From Macrostomum lignano (taxonomy: Eukaryota): a DNA stretch of 64,000 nt. Shown piece by piece: positions 37,087 to 51,050 of the stretch. The notes under the pieces are model-generated. The model ran no database searches. It saw only the letters and a program-made list of their open reading frames with translations, and was not told where the DNA came from. Where the stretch lies: NCBI GenBank assembly GCA_002269645.1, contig NIVC01000282.1:558001-622000 (forward strand). The letters are read 5' to 3'. Position numbers and translations under genes: made by a program. Position 1 is the stretch's first letter; every line of letters starts with the position of its first letter.

Positions 37087-38858
37087 ATGGACAACAGAAG
37101 ACGACTGCAATTACTGCTGCTGCTGCTGCTGCTGCAGATGCGACTATTCGGAATAGCGAACTCCATGGACAGCTTTGAGCAGCTGTTCTCAAACTCTTAT
37201 GCTCAGTTCAGTAGCCAGCCAATATCGTTCCGTTTGCCTATGCCAACGGAACTTCAAGGCTCAATGGTAATTAAACTGACAAATATACTTTTAAATATCA
37301 ATAGAGATCAAGTACCTTATTGATGTACTTCAACGCGATTTTCAGATTCACAACGGTCTCGGTTTGTTCGACTTCGAGCATCGCAGCTTCGTGCATCCGT
37401 TTGACGGACTGGCAAAGCTGACAAAGATTGATTTCGTTCCAGGTGAGCAACCAAGAGTTGGCGTATGATTTCAGCGATCCGAAGGGCAGACTCACACTCG
37501 GCACTTTCCATTTCAACGCAGGAAGTCGACGGGGCAACTTCAGCATGAAGTTCCTTCGAACGGCTGTGTTCGAACAGTCGCTGCTGCGCAACGACATTGC
37601 GCCCTATCTGTTCTTCGACGGGGTCGAGCCGGCTTTTAACTTACTGCAGCGCGCGCTCTCGCTACTGCATGGTCTGGACAACATGAACGTGAATGTGGTG
37701 CGCCTTCGTAGCGAGACTAATGCAAATTACAGCGCCTACTTGGCACTGAACGACATCACCAGGTCGTACCGGTTCGATCCTGTCAGTCTGGACACTCTGG
37801 GTTGCGTCAAGGCTCAAGCCTTCGAAACTGAGGACACCAACAGCATTCTAGGCTTTCTGAGTCGCCTGTCGTCGGCCCATCCCCTGCCGGAGTTCGGCAC
37901 CGACTACTACCTCACATTCGTCACCTCAATCGATCCCAAGAAGATACTACAGAGCGAGTGGAGCTGCTCTGTGAGCATAGTCCGAATGACGTCAGACACG
38001 GAGCGGCAGGTGCTGCACACCTGGCAGCTCAGTCAGGCCTCTTACATGCACAGCTTCGCTGCCACACGACGTCTGGTCCTACTGTTCCTCAACCCGCTCT
38101 TCATCAACATGGCTGCCATGGTGACCACGGCTGATCCGGTTCGGTCGCTCGACTGGCGACCCGACCGGCCCATGAGAGTGCTTTGGCTGGACCTGCGCAC
38201 CGGCGCCACCGGAGAAGCCGCTATTGTGGACCGGCACTTCCTCATGCACCACATCAATGCCTACGAGGAGGGACCGGAGGTCGGAAATGCCTCATCGGCC
38301 ACCGTGATTGTGGACGCCACGGCCTATCCGGACCTCGGCTTCCTGCAAAATCTCACGCGGAAAAACCTGCGCGATCCGACTCTGCGCAATCAGATACCGG
38401 TAAACAGCCTTCTCCGCCGATACAGGGTGCACCTGGCCACAGGCACTGTGCAGCCTCTGGAGGTGCCGTACCGTCAGACGAACGATCCCATACGCAGCCT
38501 GGAGATGCCAGTCATCAACGAGGCCTATCGATATCGCCGCTACTGCTTCGTCTACGGCGTACTCTTGAAGAGCGACTCGCGCGACCTCGCCAAGGTCAGC
38601 CTAGTGAAGAAGTCCCTGTGCAACGCCGCTGATGACCGGCGCTGGCACGCGGACCGGCACTTCCCCAGCGAGCCCGTCTTCTATCCGGCGCGAGGCGCCA
38701 GCGCCGAGGACGACGGCTACCTGGTGTCGCTGATAATGGACGCGCCGCGCAATGTCACATACGTCGGCGTGTTCAACGCTACGGATATGACGCTGGTTAA
38801 TGAGGCCGACCTGCCCACCTGGGTGCCGTACCGTCTGCACGGCAAAGCGTTTCCGTGA
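37087..38858 (+). CDS. Carotenoid cleavage oxygenase (BCO/RPE65/NinaB superfamily), 537 aa, with N-terminal hydrophobic leader
   Basis: Exons 37087-37266, 37346-37442, 37522-38858 (two 79-nt GT-AG introns). Motifs LQGSMIHNGLG, HPFDG, and four Fe-binding His (SAHP, SYMHSF, HHINAYE, LHG), plus EMPVIN and PSEPVF. Confidence 0.9.
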
Positions 38859-39844
38859 CGACTGGAAATTTTCAAACTGACTCTGTTGGTTCAGTTATCT
38901 ACTTTAGTAGATAATGCTGCGTACAGGGGCTCCAGAATTTTTGTGTAAGAAATTTCAGACACAGACAGGTAACAGCATTAGCTAGGCCTGGTGAGCCACG
39001 CAGCGACCCTGCGTCCTAGCTTATGTACATTCAAACAAACGCTTGTAACCCACTCCTCTACCAATGAAGTAACATTCAGGAGATAGCGAAACCGAGAAGA
39101 GCCTCAAAACAATCGAATTTTCTAAGAATGCAGTTTTCCCATGTTGTTTGGCTGCGTATGATTTAAAAAAATATCATACAGCAGCAGCAGTTATATCGCC
39201 AACTTAAAATTAGCCATGATGTATTATTCATATTTATCATTGAGTCTAGCTATGCAACTGTTTCCTCTTGTACACGGTGCACTCAAGGACGACTAAAGTA
39301 ACGTATTAAGACGACGGCGACTTAAGTAGTCCTTGGGTGCACTTTGAGCAGTATTTTATATCCTATATCATATTGACTCGACTCTTACAGTAACCCTGCA
39401 TGATACTAAGAAAAAATATATATCACAGAACAAATTGACGCTAAACTAACAAGACATCTGCATTTCGTTGCATTGTCTACGAGTCTGTTTGCAGTTTGAG
39501 TGCGTTTTGGGAAAATAAAAATATATTCCTCGATTCGAAGGTTAGCTAGGTTGGAGAGGAAATGACTGCTCAAGTCAGCAATAATCTGCGGGAACAGAGA
39601 CAGTCGGTATTAATGAGAGTAGAGCAGCCCCCCCCCATTGCGTTCGACGCCGAGGCAGTGAGGGAAGAGAAATGGATCGGAGTTCTGCAGCCAACCCAAA
39701 CCCAAATTGGCTAGGCGGGAGCGCACTGCTTTCCCAAAAGCGCCCATTTTGGAGTGAATTGGGAGCAATTGGAGATTCAATAATTGTTAAGCAACCGAGT
39801 GGCCGGGAAACAATCATTATTTGGGAGCAGTCGCTGAGGCAGCA

Positions 39845-41797
39845 ATGTCTACCGCCGAGGCCGCAGCAAAGCGCCCGTGCAGCATCCCAACTTACGACGG
39901 CTTTGTCCAAGTTGTTGGCCGTCGTAAGGCCTACCAGGGCCTGTTTCTCTGCCTCATGTCGCTCTCGGTCGGCGCCGCAGCCATGCAGATCCTCATGCTG
40001 GGCCGCTCCGGCAGCTGCTTGGCAACTGCTTGGCCGACTGCTGCAACGGCAACGACAGCGGCTGCTGGCGATAACGCAACACTCTTTGACGTCGACAGCA
40101 TCGAAAAAAGCACTGATAGCGAGCTGAATGACGAGGAACAAGACTGCACCTGGACGTCGGTGCTCCGTGTCGCCTTCTGTCTGGGCCTGCTGAGCGGCGC
40201 CGCGGCTTACGCACCCATGGCTGATCGCTGGGGCCGCCGGCACGCTCACCTGCTGGCAGCCGCTCAGTTGGCTTCCGCCGCGCCTCTCACGCTGCTGGCG
40301 CGCGGTCCAGTGGCCAGGGCCGGAGTTCGAGCCTTTGCGGGCTTTGCGGCGGCCGGCCTGCTCTGCGTCAGCCGCGTGTGGCATCTCGAGACGCCTCACC
40401 GCGGCGACTGCGGCCCATCCAGCCTCCTGCTCATGATCAACGGCTGGACCGGCGGCACCTTCCTGCTGGCCGGCGTTGCCCACTGGTCGCCAGACTGGCG
40501 CGTCGCCGAGGCGGCCGCGGCCGGATTAGCCGCCCTGCTGCTGCCGCTGACGCGGCTCTGCCTCACCGAGTCACCCCGCTGGCTGCTCAGCCACGGCCGC
40601 TCCGACGCGGCTATTGCTGCCCTGCGTCGGATGGCCCAGGTTAGCCGTACGAGCGCCGAGCTGGACGATCTCCTTGAGCGACTCGGCTACGAAGCTCGTG
40701 GCGGACAGCGAGCCACCACTATTCGCCTGCCGCTGCGGCGCCTGCTGACTCGGTCGACGGCTGCCCTGCGAAACTCGGCGCTGCTCTGGTTGCTCGTTGG
40801 CGCCGCGGGAGCCGCGCATCTCGGCCTCATCACCAGCTGGTCCTCGGCTGTGGTCGACGGCATCGGCGTCAACAGCGGCCAGGCCGTCTATGCCGACCTG
40901 ACGGTGGCCGGCTGCGCCGAGCTGGCCGGCCGGCTTCTCGCAGCGCTGCTTGTCGGCCTGCTGGCGGCTCCGCCAACCGCCGCGGCCGCTGGCGGCTTCG
41001 TCGTCGCCGGACTGCTCGGCTGCGGTGCCGCTTCGCTGGCCACGGCTTCGTTGGCGCCGAGCAGCTGGCGTCTCTGGCCGCTGCTGATCGGCCGGGCCTG
41101 CCTGGCTCCGGCCACCGAACTGTCCTGGCTGCTGGCCAACCAGCTGCTGCCCGCCCCGGTGCGCGACCAGGCCATCGGCGTCGGCTTCGCCCTGGCCTGC
41201 CTCGGTACCCTGGGCGTTGCGTGCCTCGCCTTCGATTTTGGCATCGAATTGGACGGCTGCCGCAGCCTCTGGCAGCTGTTCGCCTGCGCCAGTCTGGCCG
41301 CCGTCGCCTGTCCGCTGGCGCCCATGCTGCCGGCCGCGCGCCGCCCCTTTCCCGACACCCTGGACGATGACGCTGAGCTGGTGGGGCGGCTTCGGCTGCC
41401 TTCAATTTGTGTAGCTGCGCTCCGAAGACTTCCGGGCTGCAGCGATGCGTTTGGTGGAGTGGCCGGCGACGCCACCGCAGCCATCCAGGTGCCCAAGATC
41501 CGGGTCACTCTGGAGGACGAACCCTGCCCCGCCGTCGGAGGGGACAACTCGACTCGGCGGGGCACCTCATTTGACTCGTCCGATACCCAGCTCCACGATC
41601 CCTGCAGCGAGGTCTCGGACACGTCCTCGCTCTCGCACATGGCCACCAAGGGCTCCATGGGGCTGCCAGAGGTCGGCGCCTGCGACGAGAATGAAAGCCG
41701 GCTGATTGACGGCGAGTTCGACGAAGCGGAAAGGCCGGCCGATGGCGGTCGAGTCGACAATGATGATGGAGACTGGATTAAGTGGTGGCGCAAATGA
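39845..41797 (+). CDS. Intronless MFS transporter, SLC22/organic cation transporter-like (650 aa)
   Basis: First ATG of ORF 39821..41797; multiple hydrophobic helices; MFS motif ADRWGRR, ESPRWL, LLPAPVRDQAIG, PFPDTLDD; acidic C-terminal tail. Confidence 0.82.
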   Translation: MSTAEAAAKRPCSIPTYDGFVQVVGRRKAYQGLFLCLMSLSVGAAAMQILMLGRSGSCLATAWPTAATATTAAAGDNATLFDVDSIEKSTDSELNDEEQDCTWTSVLRVAFCLGLLSGAAAYAPMADRWGRRHAHLLAAAQLASAAPLTLLARGPVARAGVRAFAGFAAAGLLCVSRVWHLETPHRGDCGPSSLLLMINGWTGGTFLLAGVAHWSPDWRVAEAAAAGLAALLLPLTRLCLTESPRWLLSHGRSDAAIAALRRMAQVSRTSAELDDLLERLGYEARGGQRATTIRLPLRRLLTRSTAALRNSALLWLLVGAAGAAHLGLITSWSSAVVDGIGVNSGQAVYADLTVAGCAELAGRLLAALLVGLLAAPPTAAAAGGFVVAGLLGCGAASLATASLAPSSWRLWPLLIGRACLAPATELSWLLANQLLPAPVRDQAIGVGFALACLGTLGVACLAFDFGIELDGCRSLWQLFACASLAAVACPLAPMLPAARRPFPDTLDDDAELVGRLRLPSICVAALRRLPGCSDAFGGVAGDATAAIQVPKIRVTLEDEPCPAVGGDNSTRRGTSFDSSDTQLHDPCSEVSDTSSLSHMATKGSMGLPEVGACDENESRLIDGEFDEAERPADGGRVDNDDGDWIKWWRK

Positions 41798-41994
41798 CTC
41801 CATTAGCAACATCCTGGTTATTCTGGATCCTGGATCAATACATGTAGTTGCTGACTGGCTTTTTTGCTACGCAACTACTATATGCAGTGCGACCTATCAA
41901 ACCTGTTAAGATTGAAGGTTTTCGGCCTTTTCACTAGGGTTACTGGAAGTTGCCTCGTAAATCTATTTTCGCTTGTACAGTAAGTAGTATCCTA

Positions 41995-42358
41995 GGGGGG
42001 CCGTAGCCCAGCGGTAGCGCAGCTGCTCTGGTGTGCCAGCGACCCAGGCTCGATTCCAAGTGCAGTCACATTAATTTGGGGCTGAATTGGAATCTCGGCT
42101 TGGCTCTGCTCGTGTAATTAACGGCCTTGAGAGCCAACCCCCCCAAGGCGCAGTGAAGTGTACATGCCTAACGATAATATAAAGTTAGGGCCGCTGTACA
42201 CTCCTGTGTGAGTGTGTGCCTGCGTACGTATCCGCGCGCTTGTATGCCTGCTCAGGGGAGTCGGCGGAATGGGCAGTAAATGCCTCTCGCCGGTTGTGTG
42301 CCTATGTCGCTTAAAGTGCGCCAGAGTGCACACAACCCCCTGCCTCTAAAAAAAAAAA
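41995..42358 (+). mobile_element. tRNA-derived SINE family A, full-length copy
   Basis: GGGGCCGTAGCCCAGCGG (box A) and GGCTCGATTCC (box B); poly(A) tail 42348-42360; TSD (AA)GTAGTATCCTA at 41982-41994 and 42359-42371. Confidence 0.9.
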
Positions 42359-42432
42359 AAGTAGTATCCTACGAGCTCAAATAATCTGCGATTAGTGTTG
42401 CATGGTTTTTCAAGTGAGATACGAGCTAGGCA

Positions 42433-42709
42433 CCCGCTAGGAAAAAATTTCAGCGACGACAGGCTGATGACGACAAGTTGACGACAAGTTGACGACAAGT
42501 TGACGAGAAGTGGCAGTCGACCAATCAGAGGCTGATAGAAAGCAGACAGCGAAGCAGATTTGGAAGCGCACATTTGCACGATACTAGTGACTTGAGCAAA
42601 TCATACTTATTTTAGTAAATCGATCGATAGTAAATCGACAAGGCTGTCGTCTCTAACCTGTCGTCGCTTGTCGTCACTGTGCCATCGCTGTAAATTTTTT
42701 CCCAGCGGG
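42433..42709. mobile_element. MITE-like element with CCC...GGG termini and GACGACAAGTT subterminal repeats
   Basis: CCCGCTAGGAAAAAATTTCAGCGA is inverted at the right end (TCGCTGTAAATTTTTTCCCAGCGGG); TSD not evident. Confidence 0.65.
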
Positions 42710-43310
42710 AAAGTCTAAAGCTTTTCCCGATGAAGCCTAAAAACACCAAAGTTCGTTCTCGCCGTTGCGGTCAGCAAGGCTGGCCCATAGACTATCGCGG
42801 CCATTTGACGCTCCCCCCTCTTGGCCACTCCCGTGGCTGGCGTGGGGCGTAACTATTATTATTATTATTTAAAACCCTGCTAAGCAAGGCTTTTTGCAGC
42901 TGCGATGAGTGGAGCGGCGCTTGTTTGTACACAGACTCGGTTGTACGTACATGTACATTATAACAGTAGAACTACCGGGGGGACCCCAGACATTTTTCTG
43001 CGCCGGAATGGCGAAATTCCAAAACACGAGCACAACTTTTTGTTGCGCACTGTCTAAGCCGCCAGCCCCCCGGACCGTCAAGATATTAAAAAAATTCTGC
43101 TGGAACGCCAGATTTTTTTCCATAAGCGCTAAGTGTATTCAGCACGGCCTCTGTGTGCCAATCAACACTGCGCCTCAGTGCGGTCTTACCAAGCCTCCAA
43201 TTTCATCAGCGTGTCGACCAAATGTATCTGCATCAGCGCTGACTTCGTTGATCACTGGCCTTCACCCAGACGGAGCTTCTGGACCTTCTGATTAAGCCTG
43301 AACCTAAGCT

Positions 43311-43384
43311 TGTGTGCCTGCCGGTTGTGTGACAATGTCGCTTAAAGTGCGCCAGGGTGCACACAGCGCCCTGCCTCTTAAAAA
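43311..43384 (+). mobile_element. SINE family A 3' fragment
   Basis: CCGGTTGTGTGACAATGTCGCTTAAAGTGCGCCAGGGTGCACAC matches the tail of the 41995 copy. Confidence 0.75.
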
Positions 43385-43795
43385 TACAATGGGTGACCTG
43401 GCCAAGACCAAGAGTATGCATTTCATAGCTTTTTTGCCATACACGTCACATTCCGTGAGCCATGAAGCGATGGAGCGATGCCCAAGAAGCGACTAATCAT
43501 TAAAGCAGGCAATATTCCGATTGTTCGTTATAGTAATCGCTTTTAGAATTTAATATTCAAGCTAAAAAAGTTTCCCCTCTCTCTCTCATAAAAAATTGCT
43601 GTCCAACAATCCCATCACAGCCTGTGCATGGGGCATTTGAAAGGAATTATCACATGTTACCAATGACTACCAATCAATAAGACAGATCCTTCTCTAGCCC
43701 TATTAAAGAGGGAGGCATGCGTGGGACGGCCATCATCAGTCCAACATACTGTCCGACAACAGCAGCCGACTAAAAGCAATTATTAAAAATTCCCA

Positions 43796-44443
43796 ATGCG
43801 AGGGCACTCAGCGTCACCTCTCTGGTGGTGCTGCTGCTGCTTTATGTCTTCGTCAAGTCGACCGAGGCCTCGAATTCGCCAAGATACGAAAGTGTGAAGC
43901 AAATTTTTCCGAACAATATCGAGTTGACAAAGGCCAACTTTGAGCAGCTGCTCACTTACACGACGGACGCAGTGAACTGCATGCTGACTGCGCTGGTTCA
44001 AACTGTCCAGTTGCCGGAAATTGTCAAGCTGGACACCGGCTTGCGCACCTGTCAGCGGCTCGGCCAGCCACTCTACGCCAACTATTCGTCAGCGGCTCAT
44101 CAGGTGAAGTACCAGCTCGACGCCAGCTCGTGACTCGGACAGCCCAGACTCGCTCTGTTCTCCATCAAGGCCGGCTCGGGAGTGTGTGTGAGGTCGTTTT
44201 ACTCGACCCCTCAGCTGACTGCGGCGACGAAGGCTTCTTAGTGCTGTGGCCGGGCGCCGCAGTTGGATCGACCGGCTGGATCAGCTGACGCAGCTGGCTG
44301 ACCTGATGCCACACCGACAGCTGATCGTTGAGCTGATGTCCTCGTCCGGAGCAGCGCTGCTCAGTAGTGTGTTCGACGCCAACTTGGTTCTTCATTTCGA
44401 TGTTCGTGCAGGACGACACGAGTGGTGTCGTCCTGCATTCTAA
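43796..44443 (+). pseudogene. Frameshifted coding-like region, possibly a secreted protein (pseudogene or assembly error)
   Basis: One extra G after ATG CGA GGG gives MRGALSVTSLVVLLLLYVFVKSTEA-SNS..., a signal-peptide-like start continuing into ORF 43825..44133; further coding-like blocks in other frames to 44443. No family recognised. Confidence 0.3.
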
Positions 44444-45629
44444 ATTTTTTTTGACTTTTAAGTTTTCACTCCTTTGAGGCTAAATTGCAGCACAAAGACA
44501 CTAATCAAGTTATTTAACGTCTTGTGCATTGGTCCATCTATCAATTTGAAGATCGGCCTATAAACGTTTTTCTGCGAATCGCGAGTGTATCGTCCAGATG
44601 TACTGCTAGTCTTTGTTTTGTAAAGGTGTTATTTATTCTAATTCATGCGCTAAAAATACAACCCGCTAATTTATAGAGTGGAGTTGAGGGATAGAGTTCG
44701 GCCCGAGGGGTTTAAGAAAAATACATCCCTCAACTCTATGTGTTATTGTTGTGTACGGCTTGTACGCCGGTTAGGGTTCTTGCGTTCTGATTGGCTGGGG
44801 GTTTTGTCTGTCTGCCCAGACCGGCCTAGGCCGGGTGGGTGGTTTGCTGAATCATGCTGGTTAGTAGGTAAATTATAATATAAGTGCGCACCGGCCTTTC
44901 AAGCCTTTGTTACTTTTCTACCCTGCAATCGCTTCTCGCATCGTATTCATTTGGCCACGCTGACTCAAAGTACAACAGTTATCTTATGCACTCAAATTTC
45001 TTTTCTTTTGCGTTTTGAAAAATTCTTTGTGTTTTTTCAACATTTGTATTTTTACAATAGTACATGTACGCCCCTCCACATGCATGTTCAACTGCAAGGA
45101 CGACTTAATATTTGATATACTTAGAAAACATATTGAAGGCTGAAGACTTCATTTTGGCAAAAACACACCTAATATGGCCAATTTTTATTTTCTGCGCTAG
45201 AAAGACAAAAACTTGACTTCAAACGTGAATAATTTCCGTTTTATGGGCTAGTCCTCGATCCCGGGTTGCTAAACAAAATTAACTAAAACATGTTTTAACA
45301 AACTTTAACTGCAGTGCTCTCTTTTTACTTATTGAAACATTGTTTTAATGAAAAAATACTTATTTATTACGTTTTTGTCAACATAGTTTTTTAAATATAG
45401 TAAGATTCTATAGCCTTTTAAAGAGTCAATGGTAGTTTTAACTTTATAATATTTCTTAATTTATAAAAAGACTTCTGATTGACTGCGCTTCAATTGAAAC
45501 GCATGCACCGCCTTAGGTTCGCGCATCTAGTGTAAAACTATATCTAACAGTCGTAACGGTTACGGGTTTATGGTAAAGCATCTAGTATGATTGTTTTCAT
45601 TCTGAGATAAGTTCGTGCATTTCATCACT

Positions 45630-47707
<2,078 letters not shown>

Positions 47708-47787
47708 CAGTTTAAAAACTCAGTCATGACGCGTTCCTTACTTGTCTGTATTTATAGGTACATTCGAGCTTTTTAGTTTTTTTTACC

Positions 47788-48141
47788 TAAAGACAGGGGG
47801 CGGCTGCGTGCACCCTGGCGCACTTTAAGCGACATTGTCACACAACCGGTTGCCCATTCCGCCGACTCCCCTGAGCAGGCACACAAGCGCGCGGATACGT
47901 ACGCAGTCATACGCACAGGCACACACTCACACAGGAGTGTACAGCGGCCCTAACTTTATTTAGCGTTAGGCATGTACACTTCACTGTGTCTTGGGGGGTT
48001 GGCTCTCAAAGCCGTTAATTGCACGAGCAGAGCCAAGCCGAGATTCCAATTCAGCCCCAAATTAATGTGACTGCACTTGGAATCGAGCCTGGGCCGCTGG
48101 CACATCAGAGCGGTGCGCTAGACCACTGGGCCACAGCCCCC
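47788..48141 (-). mobile_element. SINE family A, full-length copy
   Basis: Reverse complement aligns along the whole 41995 copy; imperfect flanking repeat CGAG(C)TTTTTA. Confidence 0.88.
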
Positions 48142-48888
48142 CGAGTTTTTAAGTCACTTTAGCCTATGATGTACGAACAAATGTCAGAAATCTACTATTT
48201 TGGCGAGACGATGACAAAATTATTTATTTGCATATTAATTTTCAACACCTGTTTGTCTACGCACTTGTTACTGTGATAACTTTTGACAACTCTACTGATG
48301 GGGACTGCAGCTGTTTACACTCTTTTTAAATTGTTTGGATATAGACTACTAAAATTTTTTATTTCTTTTATACATCGAAGATGCTGTCTACTGCGTTTTT
48401 TGTGATATTCTCTATCGATCACAGTTAATCACGCAGTGTATCACAGCTTAATAACTAGCACTGTTTTCTTTAGTCGTTTTTACACTGTGATATAAGAATG
48501 ACAAATTAATGTCTAATAGACACACCTTCAGCTCCTGATGCCACTCTGCGATCTACCTTTGTGTGTTTCCACCTTTGTTTCACTTTCCATCAAATTTATA
48601 GCACTCTATTATCACTAAAAAGTCTTTAATTGCAGTGTAAAATCTGTCTATTTTCATTGCTATATTGTGCCTGTGTGTGTTCGTCCGTTGTGTTGTGTGT
48701 GACGTTTTTCTTTGATCAAAATAGAGCCGCATTCTATCAGAAATTTGTAATAAAATCAAAAATCTAAAAACAAATATAAATTGTGATTCATACACTGGAC
48801 CATCATCAAACGGTTCTCTAGGAGTATTGTGCCTGAAACTTATTATTTTATTTGTATACTAACATTTATATTTCGGTCATTTCATGAC

Positions 48889-49071
48889 CGCGTGTATTTC
48901 GGTCATTTAATTCAAAAGTAATGTTTTAAAAGTGCCACTGATAGTGATAGTCTTATAGTAAAAGATGAAGCACAAAATAAAACGTAGGCAGTTTTATGCA
49001 TCTTAAGACTATCAGTGGCATTGCGATGGTTTTTCACATAAATTTTGAATGAAATGACCAAAATACACGTG
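48889..49071. mobile_element. Small foldback/MITE-like element
   Basis: CGCGTGTATTTCGGTCATTTAATTCAAAA is inverted at TTTTGAATGAAATGACCAAAATACACGTG; inner inverted pair GCCACTGATAGT / ACTATCAGTGGC. Confidence 0.6.
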
Positions 49072-49900
49072 ACTGAATTCATTGGAAAGAAGAGATATCG
49101 TGCCGCTTTAAAATGACACCAAAGTTGTGCTTGCAGCTGCTACTGGTTTTGCTCCGGGATTAAAAGTGTCAGAACTTCCGGACACCCCTCGTAGCTTAAG
49201 CTTGTTCTGTGAGAGTTGAGAAAACTTGCATTCAACAGCGGCCATTTGTCTATGGACAAAACTCATGTTTAGCAGCAGCATTGAGAAAAATCAATAACAT
49301 GCGAATAGGGCAGCGGAATTCGATGCCACATTCACCGAATTGAATCGGCATTCAAGCAGCGAGAGGTAGGTAACTCCGCTTGTATAAGTAGACAATCCAG
49401 TTTTTGCTAATCTTCATTATAGTTCTTTCAAATTTCAAATGCTCAAATTTAGAAATATATAATTAACCTCTTAATTTCTTGGCGAAGGTGTAATAACTTC
49501 AGAGTACCTCGAAATCTTTGAGACATGCGGTGCATTGCTAAAACTCAAACTCCCCTATTTTTCTTGGCTTATAGAACAATGAGATCAGAAATTAATAAAA
49601 ATGGACAGAAAACTACGAGTACAATAAAATTCACCCACCGTCTGTCAACAAAATATTCACAGAACTGTCGATTTAGACCTTGTCAGAAAAGGTGGTGTGG
49701 CTTTAGTGTTATTAATTGAGCTCATACATGAGTTGCTGAGAGACAAAACGAAAAAGCCCTTATCGATCGTCTTCTGCAATTTACAGCGATAAAAACGAGT
49801 CGCACTCGGAACGCTCAGGTATTGAAAATCTCAAGCAAGGCGTTTTGAGTGACCAAAGAACACGCCAGAGTAACAGAAACCTTCCGTTAGGAGACGCGGC

Positions 49901-50368
49901 ATGGCTAGCAGAAAGGTCCTACTACCAGTTGATGGTAGCCAGCACAGCGACCGGGCACTGGACTGGTACAACCAGCACCTGCGGCGGCCAGACGATCACG
50001 TGATCTTCCTCATGGTGGCCGAGCCGCCGCCGATGCTGCGAAGCGCCGGGGTGCCCATGGAGGAGGCGACCAGAGCCTACGGGGACTCGATGAGCCAGGC
50101 GGTGAAGGCTGGTCGCGAGCTCGCGGATCGGATGCAGCGCCGCTGCACGGCCATCAAACTAGAGGTGGCGGGAGTTCGATTTCTGGAGCGCCTGGCCACC
50201 AACGCCGGCGAAGCCATCGTCCAGGTAGCGGACGAGGAGTCCATCGACCTCATCATTGTTGGCAATCGTGGCCTCGGCACGGTGCGCCGCACTTTTTTGG
50301 GTAGCGTCTCGGACTTCGTGCTGCACCACGCGAATCGGCCCGTGGCAGTGGTGCCTCCGGCGAAGTGA
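49901..50368 (+). CDS. Universal stress protein (UspA family), intronless, 155 aa
   Basis: KVLLPVDGSQHSDRALDW and the ATP-binding motif GNRGLGTVRRTFLGSVS (G-2x-G-9x-GS), ending LHHANRPVAVVP. Confidence 0.92.
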   Translation: MASRKVLLPVDGSQHSDRALDWYNQHLRRPDDHVIFLMVAEPPPMLRSAGVPMEEATRAYGDSMSQAVKAGRELADRMQRRCTAIKLEVAGVRFLERLATNAGEAIVQVADEESIDLIIVGNRGLGTVRRTFLGSVSDFVLHHANRPVAVVPPAK

Positions 50369-50526
50369 CCTTCAATTGACCTCAAAACTGACCATTTGGA
50401 AACCGTTAGAAAGAACGGTTTCGACGTGATTTAGGAAATTTGCAATCTACCTAACTACACCGAACAGCAATTCGTATTAACGTATAGTATGGGTCATTGA
50501 ACAACTGAAGTTAAAAATACGTTACA

Positions 50527-50720
50527 CTAGAAAGCCTCTTCACCAAAGGCCCGTTTTCGCTGCAAAATGCATCAACCAACAAGACAGGAAGTTCTCAGGT
50601 TTTTAGCCCTTAATTTTCTGAAATCGATTACATACCGACAGACATGGATAGCTATATACGGACAAACCATTTTTAGTATATGGACTAGCAAATCTAGTGC
50701 CCCCCTTCGGGGCGGCCACT
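50527..50720 (-). mobile_element. Possible short non-autonomous Helitron plus the adjacent 3' end of another
   Basis: On the minus strand: GC hairpin followed by CTAG (to 50685), then TC start (50684), then hairpin followed by CTAG|T at 50527. Confidence 0.35.
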
Positions 50721-50919
50721 AAGCAAGGGACGAAAATTATTTACGTGAATCCTCAAAATGAAAGTACATTATCTTAAAAGCATTCATTCTTACGCTCCTA
50801 ATTACCACAAATCACATTTTTGGAGTAAAATTATCAGGGACTAAAACTTAGGGAGTCAACAGAGAAAAGAATAATTTTTTGAATAATCTACATGTAGCTT
50901 CTGACCTCTAAGCCTTAAC

Positions 50920-51050
50920 ATCTCAGCAATTCCCCCGTAAGCCTCAACATCTCAGAAATTCTCTAAAAAGCCGACATCTCAGAAATTCCCCAGTAAGCCT
51001 TGACATCTTAACAATTCCCAAAAAGCTTTGACATCGCAGCAATTCTCAGC
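50920..51050. repeat. Degenerate ~30-bp tandem repeat (AAGCC..ACATCTCAG.AATT)
   Basis: About 5 copies. Confidence 0.7.

Noticed and set aside
39575-41812. Long antisense ORFs over the transporter
   Set aside because: Expected shadow ORFs of very GC-rich coding sequence.
42740-42870. GC-rich stretch ending in an (ATT)n-like tail, possible retroelement 3' end
   Set aside because: Too short, with no second copy in the window to support it.
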